Source: an uncultured Candidatus Saccharibacteria bacterium (GTDB taxonomy: Bacteria > Patescibacteriota > Minisyncoccia > Phycocordibacterales > UBA12088). Taken from it: a stretch of DNA of 64,000 nucleotides. The notes under the pieces were generated by a model, which ran no database searches, was not told the DNA's origin, and saw only the letters and a list, made by a program, of their open reading frames with translations. Below are positions 9,637 to 19,358 of this stretch, piece after piece. A program made the position numbers and the translations under genes. Each line of letters begins with the position of its first letter. Position 1 is the first letter of the stretch. Location: the NCBI GenBank assembly GCA_964411375.1, contig CAYPKR010000002.1, positions 64,894 through 128,893 of the forward strand, given 5' to 3'.

Positions 9637-10731
9637 ATGGTGCGAAAAATGGACAGGGTTTTTCTCGGAGCGGCACTTGCCTTGGTCGTTTCTGGTTTTT
9701 TTATTTTTCTTTCCGCCTCTCTTGGACTTCTCGCACGCGAAGGAGCGACATTTTCCAGTGTCGCTTTCAGCCAAATACTTCTCGGACTTCTAGGCGGTAG
9801 TGTCGCCCTCGTCGTACTTTCAAGATTTCCATACAAACACTACCGACACTATGCGCTGTATTTCGCCATTTTTGCGGCATTCATGTGTCTCTTAGTATTC
9901 GTGCCGCACCTTGGATTTAGCTATAACGGCGCCCGTAGATGGATACATCTCGGGATCTCATTCCAGCCCGCAGAACTCCTGAAAATTGGTGTGGTCATGT
10001 ATTTTGCCGCATATCTCGGTAGTCATCGCGACAAGCTCAAATACATGAAATATGGGTTCTTACCACTTCTCGCGGTTCTTGCAGTTGTTGCTGTCTTACT
10101 TCTATCTCAGCCAGATACGGGAACCTTTTTAGTTCTCGTCTTTGCAATTGTTGGAATGTATCTTGCCGCTGGAGCGCCGTGGAGAGACTTACTCCTTCTC
10201 ATGCTTCTTGCAGCAATCGGACTGGGAGTTATTGCGATGTGGCGACCGTACGTTATGGATCGATTCACCACATTTTTAAACCCAGAAAGTGACCCTTTAG
10301 GATCAGGCTATCAAATACAGCAGTCGCTAATCGCGGTTGGTTCGGGACGATTAGTTGGGCGCGGGTTTGGACAAAGTATCCAGAAATTTAACTTTTTACC
10401 GGAACCAACAGGGGACTCTATCTTTTCTGTTTTTGCTGAAGAATTTGGTCTGATTGGCGGAGCTCTCTTGATTGCACTGTACGCCATTTTCTCGCTTCGA
10501 GGGCTCCGCATAGCCGCCAGGTCACCCGACCTCTTCGGTGGACTCTTGGTTGTGGGGATTGTTATACTGATAGTGTCGCAGTCGTTCGTAAATATCGGCG
10601 CAATGGTTGGCATTTTGCCTCTGACTGGTGTGCCACTTGTGTTTGTGAGTCACGGAGGAACAGCGCTTTTCTTTGCGCTTGCTGAAGTGGGGATCATACT
10701 GAACGTCTCGACGTACTTACGCAAAGCGTAA
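9637..10731 (+). CDS. ftsW: SEDS peptidoglycan polymerase FtsW
   Basis: GARRWI, FQPAELLK, QPDTGT, LPEPTGDSIF, GVPLVFVSHGG; lies between mraY and murG. Confidence 0.93.
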   Translation: MVRKMDRVFLGAALALVVSGFFIFLSASLGLLAREGATFSSVAFSQILLGLLGGSVALVVLSRFPYKHYRHYALYFAIFAAFMCLLVFVPHLGFSYNGARRWIHLGISFQPAELLKIGVVMYFAAYLGSHRDKLKYMKYGFLPLLAVLAVVAVLLLSQPDTGTFLVLVFAIVGMYLAAGAPWRDLLLLMLLAAIGLGVIAMWRPYVMDRFTTFLNPESDPLGSGYQIQQSLIAVGSGRLVGRGFGQSIQKFNFLPEPTGDSIFSVFAEEFGLIGGALLIALYAIFSLRGLRIAARSPDLFGGLLVVGIVILIVSQSFVNIGAMVGILPLTGVPLVFVSHGGTALFFALAEVGIILNVSTYLRKA

Positions 10732-10749
10732 GAAAACCATACCAATCAT

Positions 10750-11889
10750 ATGAAAATTGTTTTTACGGGCGGCGGAACCGGCGGTCATTTCTATCCAATA
10801 ATCGCAATCGTCGACGCACTTTTCGATATCACCGATAAGCAAAATCTGCTTCCACCGGAGTTGTTTTATATCGGTCCCGAACCATTCGATGAGCGGGCGC
10901 TTTTTGAACACAACATTCAATTCATTCCAGCTCCTGCAGGAAGGATGCGAAATTATGCATCGATGCATAATTATTTCGACATGATCAAAATCGCGATCGG
11001 CACAATAAAAGCGATTGGCATTCTATTTAAAATTTTTCCTGATGTGGTATTTAGCAAGGGCGGCTACGCGAGCGTACCGACCGTGATGGCAGCACGCATT
11101 TTGAAAATTCCCGTCATTATCCATGACTCCGATGCAGTTCCCGGAAGAGCAAATCTCTGGGCAGCATCCTTTGCGCGACGAATCGGTATTTCATATCCGG
11201 ATGCCGTTTCATATTTTCCCGAAAAAATTCGCACGAAAATTGCCTATACCGGCAATCCGATCAGGAAAGGAATCGTGCAACCCGCAAATGAAGGAGTGTA
11301 CGAATTCCTTGAGCTTTCTCGTGATATCCCAACCATACTAGTACTCGGTGGCTCTCAAGGCGCACAACGCATCAACGACACGATTCTTGAAGCATTGCCG
11401 ATCTTACTTGAAAAATATCAGATCATTCATCAAACCGGCGAGAAAAATTTTGCCGAAGTTAAGGGAACTGCCTCGGTTGCACTCGAAAATAATCCGTACA
11501 AAAATCGATACAAGCTCTTTCCATATCTCCAAGATCTTGCGATTCGTATGTGCGTCGGTGCTGCATCGATTATTGTTTCGCGTGCCGGCTCCGGTTCCAT
11601 CTTCGAAATAGCAGTCTGGCAGAAACCGGCAATTCTCGTGCCTATTCCAGAGGACGTATCAAGAGACCAGCGTCATAACGCATTTGCCTATATGCGTGCC
11701 GGAGGATGTGTCGTGGTTGAAGAAAAAAATCTCTCACCGCATGTCTTATCCGCCGAAATCGATCGGCTGATGGCGCATCCTGAAATTCGAGAACAAATGA
11801 AGGTCGCCGCGCAGAAATTCAAACGACTCGATGCAAGCGAAATACTGGCGAATGAAATTATCCGAATTGCGCTTAAACACGAAGCTTGA
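10750..11889 (+). CDS. murG: Lipid II GlcNAc transferase
   Basis: GGGTGGHFYP, KGGYAS, GNPIR, GGSQGA, SRAG. Confidence 0.96.
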   Translation: MKIVFTGGGTGGHFYPIIAIVDALFDITDKQNLLPPELFYIGPEPFDERALFEHNIQFIPAPAGRMRNYASMHNYFDMIKIAIGTIKAIGILFKIFPDVVFSKGGYASVPTVMAARILKIPVIIHDSDAVPGRANLWAASFARRIGISYPDAVSYFPEKIRTKIAYTGNPIRKGIVQPANEGVYEFLELSRDIPTILVLGGSQGAQRINDTILEALPILLEKYQIIHQTGEKNFAEVKGTASVALENNPYKNRYKLFPYLQDLAIRMCVGAASIIVSRAGSGSIFEIAVWQKPAILVPIPEDVSRDQRHNAFAYMRAGGCVVVEEKNLSPHVLSAEIDRLMAHPEIREQMKVAAQKFKRLDASEILANEIIRIALKHEA

Positions 11890-11891
11890 GT

Positions 11892-13226
11892 ATGAATACT
11901 GATGTTGTCACACGCTTCCCGCCATCGCCCACCGGGTACCTGCAGGTCGGAAATATCCGAACTGCAATTTTTAACTATCTCTTCGCGAAGAAGCATGGTG
12001 GGAAATTTGTACTTCGTCTTGAAGATACCGATAAGGAACGCTCTAAAGAAGAGTATGCGGAAAGTATTATCGCTGATATGGAGTGGCTTGGATTTTCCTA
12101 CGATGCATTTGCAAAACAAAGTGACCGAGCAAATATTCACCGTGAGTATCTTGAAAAATTAATTGAGGAAGGGAAGGCGTATGTTTCGAAGGAAGATGCG
12201 GAAGAGGGGAAACGTGCTGAGGTAATTCGCTTCAAAAATCCAAACAGAGTCATCTCTTTTCTCGATGCGGTTCGTGGAGAAATCAGCATAGATACGACTG
12301 ATCTTGGTGATTTTGTCATTGCCAAAAGTCTCGATGAGCCACTCTATCATCTTGGCGTTATTGTTGATGATTTTTTGATGGGAATTACTCACGTCATTCG
12401 CGGAGAAGATCATATCTCAAATACACCAAGGCAGATTTTGCTGATCGAAGCAATCGGTGCACCAATTCCAAAATACGCACATTTGCCACTTATTCTTTCT
12501 CCTGATCGCACCAAACTTTCAAAGCGAAACGGATCGGTTTCCCTCAAAAATCTACGCGAAGAAGGATACTTGAAAGAAGCGGTGATCAATTTCCTTGCAC
12601 TCCTTGGTTGGAATCCAGGAACCGAGCAAGAACTCTTTACACTTGAAGAACTCATCGAGGCATTTGATCTTTCACACATTCAAAAAGGCGGCGGTATTTT
12701 TAATATCGATCGACTCAATTGGTTTAACCGCGAGTACATTAAACAACTCGACGACGGAAAGTTTATGGAATATACCTCAGAAAAGCTTTCAAACTATTCT
12801 GATATTGAAGAAATATTCAAAAGCAGTGTAGCTGCACGAACGGACTTGAAACAACGCATTACAACCCTCGGAGAAATTACTCGCCTCGCAGATCAAGGAG
12901 AATTTACGTATTACACTGATACACCCGCACTTGCACCTGAAAAATTACTATGGAAAGGGGAGACTGTTGAAGCGACAATCGTTCGTTTGAAAAAAATTAA
13001 TTCTCTCCTTGAATCGATTGATTCTGAGTGGACAGCGGAGATAATTAAGTCACTGATACTTCCCTATGCAGAAACGGAAGGGAAAGGGGCAGTTCTGTGG
13101 CCAACGCGGTATGCATTTTCTGGAAAAGACCGCTCGCCCGATCCCTTTACCCTTGCAGAAGCCGTTGGAAGAAATGAGTCATTACTACGTCTACAGAAAG
13201 CGATCGAAGTCCTAGAAGTAAACTGA
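11892..13226 (+). CDS. gltX: Glutamate--tRNA ligase
   Basis: RFPPSPTG, LRLEDTD, THVIRGEDH, KLSKR. Confidence 0.95.
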   Translation: MNTDVVTRFPPSPTGYLQVGNIRTAIFNYLFAKKHGGKFVLRLEDTDKERSKEEYAESIIADMEWLGFSYDAFAKQSDRANIHREYLEKLIEEGKAYVSKEDAEEGKRAEVIRFKNPNRVISFLDAVRGEISIDTTDLGDFVIAKSLDEPLYHLGVIVDDFLMGITHVIRGEDHISNTPRQILLIEAIGAPIPKYAHLPLILSPDRTKLSKRNGSVSLKNLREEGYLKEAVINFLALLGWNPGTEQELFTLEELIEAFDLSHIQKGGGIFNIDRLNWFNREYIKQLDDGKFMEYTSEKLSNYSDIEEIFKSSVAARTDLKQRITTLGEITRLADQGEFTYYTDTPALAPEKLLWKGETVEATIVRLKKINSLLESIDSEWTAEIIKSLILPYAETEGKGAVLWPTRYAFSGKDRSPDPFTLAEAVGRNESLLRLQKAIEVLEVN

Positions 13227-14557
13227 TGAATACACTGAAGCCTTCATATATCACACTGTTCATTCTATTTTGTGGCCTTGCCACTCCTATTTTTGCAATC
13301 GGAGACACCGTTGAGGATTTGCAAAACCGGATTCAGGACAGTAACTCGAAGATTCAGGCACTTGAGCAAGAAATTCAGCAATACCAAGGTCAGCTTCAAG
13401 AAGTCGGCAAACAGAAACAGACACTTCAACAGACACTTCAAACCATCGATATTTCACGTAAAAAAACAACGGCGGATATTAACGTTACCGTAAATCGAAT
13501 TAATTCGACCGAGGCTCAAATTCAAGAACTCTCGTACCAAATCGGCGACAAAGAAACCGAAATACTTCGTGACATCGCGGCAGTCCGAGAAGGACTTCGT
13601 GCAATGGACGCACAGGAATCAAATTCAGAAATTGAAACATTCTTATCACACGCAAGCCTCAGTGATTACTGGGATACGCTTCTCGACATCAACCAGTTTG
13701 AAAGCGCGCTTCGCGGAAATATTTCAGACCTTACGACGGTAAAATCGCAACTCCAAGACGCAAAGAAAAGTACTGAAGATAAAAAGCAAACGTTGAGTTC
13801 GCTTCAAAAACAGCTTACCAATCAAAAGGCAGTCCTTGACGCTAATCGCGCGGAAGAAAATAAAGTTCTTACTGAAACCAAAAACAAAGAATCAAACTAT
13901 CAAAAGATTCTTGCCGATAAAGTAAAGGCAAAGCAGCAATTTGAAGCAGAGTTGTTGGATTATGAATCAAAGCTCAAATTTGCACTCGATCCATCAAGTA
14001 TTCCACATACCGGAAATGGCGTTCTGTCGTGGCCATTTTCAAGTGATTATATGCAAAATTGTGCCAAATTAAGTAAGACGCTTGGAAATCCAAACTGCGT
14101 CACACAACCATTTGGAGACACAGCATTTGCAAAAGCTGGCGCATACAGCGGTAAAGGCCATAACGGTGTCGACTTTAGAGCACCAATCGGAACAGAGCTC
14201 CATTCAGTTCTTTCAGGAACAGTCCTCGGGACTGGTAATACCGACTCGATTAGAGGTTGTTATTCATACGGCAAATGGGTGCTTATCCGCCACGATAACG
14301 GCTTATCTTCGCTCTACGGGCATTTATCGGTTATTTCTGTATCTTCTGGCCAACATGTAGAAACGGGACAGGTAATCGGTTATAGCGGTCAAACCGGCTA
14401 TGCAACCGGTCCACACCTCCATTTGAGCCTATTTGCTTCGCAAGGTGTCCAAATCGTCAAATTGACGCAATTTACGGGCAAAGTAACGCCATGTGCAAAT
14501 GCCACAATGCCGGTAGCGCCTCTAAATGCATATCTCGATCCGCTCCAGTATCTATAG
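13226..14557 (+). CDS. Secreted coiled-coil M23 peptidoglycan DD-endopeptidase (EnvC/NlpD-like)
   Basis: Signal peptide, long coiled coil, HNGVD and HLH zinc motifs. Confidence 0.9.
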   Translation: MNTLKPSYITLFILFCGLATPIFAIGDTVEDLQNRIQDSNSKIQALEQEIQQYQGQLQEVGKQKQTLQQTLQTIDISRKKTTADINVTVNRINSTEAQIQELSYQIGDKETEILRDIAAVREGLRAMDAQESNSEIETFLSHASLSDYWDTLLDINQFESALRGNISDLTTVKSQLQDAKKSTEDKKQTLSSLQKQLTNQKAVLDANRAEENKVLTETKNKESNYQKILADKVKAKQQFEAELLDYESKLKFALDPSSIPHTGNGVLSWPFSSDYMQNCAKLSKTLGNPNCVTQPFGDTAFAKAGAYSGKGHNGVDFRAPIGTELHSVLSGTVLGTGNTDSIRGCYSYGKWVLIRHDNGLSSLYGHLSVISVSSGQHVETGQVIGYSGQTGYATGPHLHLSLFASQGVQIVKLTQFTGKVTPCANATMPVAPLNAYLDPLQYL

Positions 14558-14629
14558 AAATAAATTTGATACAATAACCTTGTTCTCCTAATCTAATTTA
14601 TTTTTTAATAATCTAATTACATAGTATCT

Positions 14630-14854
14630 ATGCCATACAAAAGCATTCATATGGCGACGTTCATTCTTCTCGCAGTTGGCGGTTTAAACTGGCTAGCAGT
14701 CGGCCTCGGATATAACCTAGTTGAAATGATTTTAGGAAAAGAGTCCGTATTATCGCACTTCGTATATATCTTGGTTGGACTATCAGCTATTTATGAAATC
14801 GGAACCCATACATGGAATTGTCGAACATGCGTGGAAGAAAAGAAGAAAAAATAA
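14630..14854 (+). CDS. DUF378-family small membrane protein
   Basis: VGGLNW...VYILVGLSAIY pattern. Confidence 0.85.
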   Translation: MPYKSIHMATFILLAVGGLNWLAVGLGYNLVEMILGKESVLSHFVYILVGLSAIYEIGTHTWNCRTCVEEKKKK

Positions 14855-14874
14855 TCTCATTTATTTATATCGAT

Positions 14875-14907
14875 AAAAAACTTCCAGAAAATTCTGGAAG
14901 TTTTTTA
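14875..14907. terminator. Intrinsic terminator
   Basis: AAAAAACTTCCAGAA-aa-TTCTGGAAGTTTTTT downstream of the DUF378 gene. Confidence 0.8.
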
Positions 14908-15059
14908 TTTGTAACGATCTAACAAGGAAATATATTCAAAAAAATATTTAAATAAAAAATAAAATATCGATGGGGTAGGAGATGGGCACTAAAAACTCTA
15001 TCTACATGTATATATTCACGGGCTTAAAGAGATACTCCCTCGGGTCTCCCTAGTATAAT

Positions 15060-15087
15060 AGGTCGCAAAAGATATATTGTGCGACAC
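15060..15087. other. Putative dif (Xer chromosome-dimer resolution) site
   Basis: 11-6-11 layout AGGTCGCAAAA GATATA TTGTGCGACAC with near-palindromic arms, in an AT-rich gap where gene polarity converges. Confidence 0.6.
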
Positions 15088-15261
15088 TTAGCTTCTTTCT
15101 CCCCTAGAGCAGACGCTCTCAAAATTCCAGTAAAAAATATTTTGCGAGTATCACCTGCCCCGATAAAATCGGCTGAATTTTTTAGAAAATATTTTTTGTG
15201 TAATTTTATTAATATATTTTTTACTTCTCTTTTCGACATTTTAATTGTTCGAAAAAAATAA

Positions 15262-15291
15262 AAAATGACCGGGGAAGTCTTCGGTCATTTT
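15262..15291 (-). terminator. Intrinsic terminator
   Basis: AAAATGACCG...CGGTCATTTT hairpin downstream of the EVE gene. Confidence 0.7.
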
Positions 15292-15324
15292 TAGCCAATA
15301 TATGAGGATTGATACATCCCCTAT

Positions 15325-15789
15325 TTATAGGCGACTAGAGCTTTTTGTCATCTCAACAATTTTCTTAAAATGTTTTTCTCCAACTGGCTGAACTGATAAG
15401 CGCGAACCTGTTTGAGTCAAAACCATGTCATTAAACGTTCTGTCTAATTTAAGTGAAGCAAGTGTAATTGGATTTTTATATTCTTGAACGAATGCAATAT
15501 CGACTAAATCCCATATTGGTTTTTCTTTTGATGATTTTGGATCGAAATGTGAATCCTTAGGGTCGAATTGCGTTTTATCTGGATAAGACTCTTTCACTAC
15601 CTTTGCAACACCCACAATGGCTCGTTCATCACCGGAGTGATAGAAAAGAACCATGTCGCCTACTTTCATAGAACGCATATAATTTCGAGCTTGATAATTA
15701 CGGACTCCCGTCCATGCGGTTTTCTTCTCTTTCTTGAGATCTCGAATCGAATAGGCGCTCGGTTCGGTTTTCATGAGCCAATAGTTCAT
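15325..15789 (-). CDS. EVE domain protein
   Basis: YWLMKTEP, WTGVRNYQARN, GDMVLFYHS, SRLSVQPV. Confidence 0.95.
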   Translation of the reverse strand: MNYWLMKTEPSAYSIRDLKKEKKTAWTGVRNYQARNYMRSMKVGDMVLFYHSGDERAIVGVAKVVKESYPDKTQFDPKDSHFDPKSSKEKPIWDLVDIAFVQEYKNPITLASLKLDRTFNDMVLTQTGSRLSVQPVGEKHFKKIVEMTKSSSRL

Positions 15790-15815
15790 AGGCTCAGTAT
15801 ACTATTTTAGTTTAC

Positions 15816-16466
15816 TTAGTTCTCAATCTTTCCGTACTCATACCAGTCAATATTTCTGGTGTAGAACATTACGAGACCAAGGAGAACGAAGACAATGAGC
15901 GAACCGAAAAGAAGCGCGTATTGCTCGAGCATCAAAATCACATAGAGATATCCGTATGCTGCAATCAAAAGTCCAAATAGTTTGCCAGTCTTTTCTCCAC
16001 TTCTAAGTACGGATTTGCTGTACATCGATATAAGCGCGAGTATCATCCCCGTTGCAACAATGTAGGCGTAATTGAATCCTATGTATTCGGCAAATGCCAG
16101 GAGGAGGAGATAAAAGAGTGCGAGTGCTGCGCCGACCAAAAAATATTGTATTGGATGTATCTTGATTTTTGACCCCACTTCAAAGAGAAAGAAGCAGCCG
16201 AATGTGAGCACAAAGAATAGTATCGCGTATTTGACGCTTCGGACGATTTTTCGGTAATCCGTTATTCCTCCTTCACTTCCCTCTTCGCTCTGAATTTGTT
16301 GTTGCGGAACTCCAGTCACTTCGGCAGGTACCGATTTTTGCTTAGCTTCTTCAAAAGCCGACTGACGTTCCTCTACGAGATCCAAGACCAAAAAGCTGAG
16401 GATGAGACAGACAACGCCAACAATTCCAATAAGCGCTAGTTTAAGGGTGATGTAGTCTAATTTCAC
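15816..16466 (-). CDS. creD: Short CreD-family inner membrane protein
   Basis: RSVKYAILF, IHPIQYFLVG..LALFYLLLL, TRNIDWY; GTG start at 16466 inferred because the longer ORF crosses a terminator. Confidence 0.8.
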   Translation of the reverse strand: MKLDYITLKLALIGIVGVVCLILSFLVLDLVEERQSAFEEAKQKSVPAEVTGVPQQQIQSEEGSEGGITDYRKIVRSVKYAILFFVLTFGCFFLFEVGSKIKIHPIQYFLVGAALALFYLLLLAFAEYIGFNYAYIVATGMILALISMYSKSVLRSGEKTGKLFGLLIAAYGYLYVILMLEQYALLFGSLIVFVLLGLVMFYTRNIDWYEYGKIEN

Positions 16467-16506
16467 GCCATTATGAACTTCCGATGACTGGAGAAGGTTA
16501 CAACAA

Positions 16507-16533
16507 TAAAACCGGCATAATGCCGGTTTTATT
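16507..16533 (-). terminator. Intrinsic terminator
   Basis: AAAACCGGCAT-A-ATGCCGGTTTT hairpin. Confidence 0.65.
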
Positions 16534-16549
16534 GTTGTAATAAGTTTGC

Positions 16550-17083
16550 TTATTTTGAGAGTGCAAGCGTTGCAGTTGCTGCAGCACTGAGAGATGGCAT
16601 GCTCTGCTTTTTCCAGCATTTTGCGGACGCATTCCAAGGAGTTGTTCCCTGTCGCTCATAGAGATAGCGAGCGTACATGAGGTTTCCTTCAAGTGTGTGA
16701 AGATCAAGTCCAAGCTTTTTTGCCGTAGCACTGTGATAGCTTTCGTTGACCTGCATCACACCGACGTCTGCAGGGACTTGTTCGCCGCGATACACTTTAC
16801 CGTCGAGTGTAGTCTGACGATAATGTGATTCACAAGAAGCGATTAATTTCATGACCGGGATGTCGGCGAAATAGACTTCCACCTTTTCCTCGACCGTATA
16901 TTTATCCGAATTGAGAAAATCACTCATGCTTTCAGTCGGAGTCGACGTTGCCGATCCGTGCGAAAGCGATGAAGCAAACGCGATTGCAATAAGTGCGATA
17001 AGAATAAGCCTTAGTTTATATCCTAAAGGAAGTCGAAGGCGGTATGCCCTCTTCGCCGGCTCACCAAAACAGTGAGGCAACAA
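16550..17083 (-). CDS. Secreted lysozyme-like / lytic transglycosylase-like protein (start codon uncertain)
   Basis: Hydrophobic N-terminal segment, IASCES (catalytic Glu), DVGVMQVN (GLMQ-like), NLMYARYLY..QG..PW. Confidence 0.75.
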   Translation of the reverse strand: MLPHCFGEPAKRAYRLRLPLGYKLRLILIALIAIAFASSLSHGSATSTPTESMSDFLNSDKYTVEEKVEVYFADIPVMKLIASCESHYRQTTLDGKVYRGEQVPADVGVMQVNESYHSATAKKLGLDLHTLEGNLMYARYLYERQGTTPWNASAKCWKKQSMPSLSAAATATLALSK

Positions 17084-17251
17084 AAAATCCCGGGCCGACA
17101 CCCGAGATACGCTAATAAGACTACCAGAGCTCCAAATGCCGTCAATAATCACTCCTTGACAGGCTCCGGAGTAAGGAAAATATGGCTTATATAAAGGATA
17201 TTCTCGGCTACGCCGAGTAAACTATTTTTAATTAAAAGGAGATGAATTTTG

Positions 17252-18001
17252 CTACGCACACAGAAGTGCCATGGCCTTTTCATACGCCTCATCAGCTGAA
17301 TCAACGACCGTAAAAAGCTCTAAATCTTCAGCATTTATGGTGTGTCGGTTATTTAAAAGCTCAGATTGCATCCAATTCACGATCGGCGTCCAATACTCTC
17401 GACCAATCAGGAATATAGGGACTGATCGACTTTTTTTCGTCTGAAGGAGGGTGAGAATTTCGAACAATTCATTCAAGGTGCCAATTCCGCCCGGCATAAA
17501 AAAATATGCTTCAGATGCAAAGGTAAGCATCACCTTCCGGACAAAGAAGTGATGGAAATGCTCAGAATCCGTAACGAAGCGATTCAAGCGCTGTTCGTGC
17601 GGAAGCTCAATATTAAGCCCGATCGAATGTCCGCCCGCCTCGAATGCGCCGCGATTGGATGCCTCCATGATCCCCTTCCCTCCCCCAGAAATAACGGCAA
17701 AGCCGCTTTCAGCCAGCCTTCTTCCGAGACGTCTGGCTTCCTCATAATCAGGATGATCTTCAGGAATGCGGGCAGAACCAAAAATCGTTGCGGCAAGACT
17801 GTACTTCCGTAGGACATCGAATCCATTTACGAATTCTGCAAGAATCTTAAAAAGCCGCCATGAATTCATGTCGGTTTTTTCGCCGCGGAGGAGTTCGCGA
17901 TCGATGCGGCACACATTTGGAATAGTGACTCCAGCGTCAGTCTTTTTGACGACGTCAGTCAACATGTCTTTCAAACTTCGATCATCTTTACGAAGTGCCA
18001 T
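17252..18001 (-). CDS. LOG-family (TIGR00730) Rossmann-fold protein
   Basis: IFGSAR, SGGGKGIMEA, GLNIELPHEQ, PGGIGTLNELFE. Confidence 0.92.
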   Translation of the reverse strand: MALRKDDRSLKDMLTDVVKKTDAGVTIPNVCRIDRELLRGEKTDMNSWRLFKILAEFVNGFDVLRKYSLAATIFGSARIPEDHPDYEEARRLGRRLAESGFAVISGGGKGIMEASNRGAFEAGGHSIGLNIELPHEQRLNRFVTDSEHFHHFFVRKVMLTFASEAYFFMPGGIGTLNELFEILTLLQTKKSRSVPIFLIGREYWTPIVNWMQSELLNNRHTINAEDLELFTVVDSADEAYEKAMALLCA

Positions 18002-18028
18002 ACCACTACATTATCGGATACTTTGTTT

Positions 18029-18616
18029 TTAACTCCAAGGAATATCGAACTGTTCGAATTCAGGAAGTAATTTTTTTCCGTACAACAGACGCGAAATTAC
18101 TTCGGCATGCGAGAGCGCACCGGTCATGGCGTTGTGCGGTTCTGGTTCGTTTGGGATACCGACATAATTGAGGATTGCATCGAGATCAAGCGCGGAGCGG
18201 TTGTGAACCAGAGGAATTGAAAGTCCTCGCTGAATCATGTGCATGTACGCGAGCGTATGCGTATCAATCGTTCGATATGCGAGCGGCCAATTTTGGTGTA
18301 CCCGCTCCGCTGCTGCTTTCAAAAAATCACGATCAAAGGAAACATTCTGCCCGGCAAGCGTACGATCATTAATGGGTTCAATCCATGTCAAAAATTGCTT
18401 AATCAAATCCCCTTCTGATTCTTTAGAGGAGTCGGTGATTTCTGCTTCGGTAAATCCATTTACCCTGAGTGCATCTTCCATGATGTGTGCGCCGTCCCAA
18501 ATGCGGCATTCGAGATAGAGACGATGACTTGGATTATCAAAATCAAGCGCCCCGAGAGAGACGATAGAGTGTTTGTGATATTCAACGCCGGAAGCTTCGA
18601 CATCAACGACAATCAT
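18029..18616 (-). CDS. DEDD-family 3'-5' exonuclease
   Basis: DVEASG, GQNVSFD, IDT, HNA motifs. Confidence 0.85.
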   Translation of the reverse strand: MIVVDVEASGVEYHKHSIVSLGALDFDNPSHRLYLECRIWDGAHIMEDALRVNGFTEAEITDSSKESEGDLIKQFLTWIEPINDRTLAGQNVSFDRDFLKAAAERVHQNWPLAYRTIDTHTLAYMHMIQRGLSIPLVHNRSALDLDAILNYVGIPNEPEPHNAMTGALSHAEVISRLLYGKKLLPEFEQFDIPWS

Positions 18617-18900
18617 TGTGAATCAGTATACCGTGGAGTGTCCGCTCCGTCACTTTTCGGAGGTTTTTTGGTAAAGATGCCTGCGTCAAGTCGATCAAGA
18701 AGTGCATCGAGCCGATGATGTTTCCCGCGAATACGTAGAATGAGTCGTTTGAACCCCGGAGAGAATCGGTTTAAAAGATAAAAACCGATAACAAGAAATA
18801 TAAATCCCTGGAGAATGGGAAGTGCGAGACCAATGATACCGACTCCCACAAAGAGCCATCCGAAAATAATCGCGGCGATTCGTATGAGTATGGGGATCAT
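18613..18900 (-). CDS. Small membrane protein (YbaN/DUF454 or PGPGW-like)
   Basis: GIIGLALPILQG pattern with two TM segments. Confidence 0.7.
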   Translation of the reverse strand: MIPILIRIAAIIFGWLFVGVGIIGLALPILQGFIFLVIGFYLLNRFSPGFKRLILRIRGKHHRLDALLDRLDAGIFTKKPPKSDGADTPRYTDSQ

Positions 18901-19337
18901 AAGCCTTTGCAGTTTGCCGCCTTATGGTACCCCGCTTCTTCTGCTGCAGATTTTGAATCAAACCAGATTTTATTTTCATCTTTGATACGAGAGGCGCCCG
19001 AACAGGATGGGAGATAATACGCGCTTCCATTTTTTGAGGCAACATACTTCCCTTCCCCAGTTGGGATAACACCTGCATTTTCCGAGACGATCGAGTGGAC
19101 GACGGTCTGCACTGAAGGCGAACTTTCTTCGTCCCCCGAGTAGACCGCAGAAGCCACAGAAGCTTCCTGACCATCCCCATAGATTCGCACAGTCTCCTTC
19201 CCAGTCGAGGCAGAGAGTCGTCCGAGCCCGAAAGAGGCAAAACCGACAAAGATGATTATAAGGGCAATATACAGGTCACTTACGAGGAGTTTTCGTGCTA
19301 AATGCTTGCTTTTTTGAAGCATTTCTTGTATATTCAT
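18897..19337 (-). CDS. Membrane-anchored protein with Ada metal-binding-like C-terminal domain
   Basis: TM, then YVASKNG..YYLPSC...I...N.IWF.S...AE.AGY; ATG at 19337. Confidence 0.75.
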   Translation of the reverse strand: MNIQEMLQKSKHLARKLLVSDLYIALIIIFVGFASFGLGRLSASTGKETVRIYGDGQEASVASAVYSGDEESSPSVQTVVHSIVSENAGVIPTGEGKYVASKNGSAYYLPSCSGASRIKDENKIWFDSKSAAEEAGYHKAANCKGL

Positions 19338-19358
19338 ACGGCAAATTAAGTATACAAC

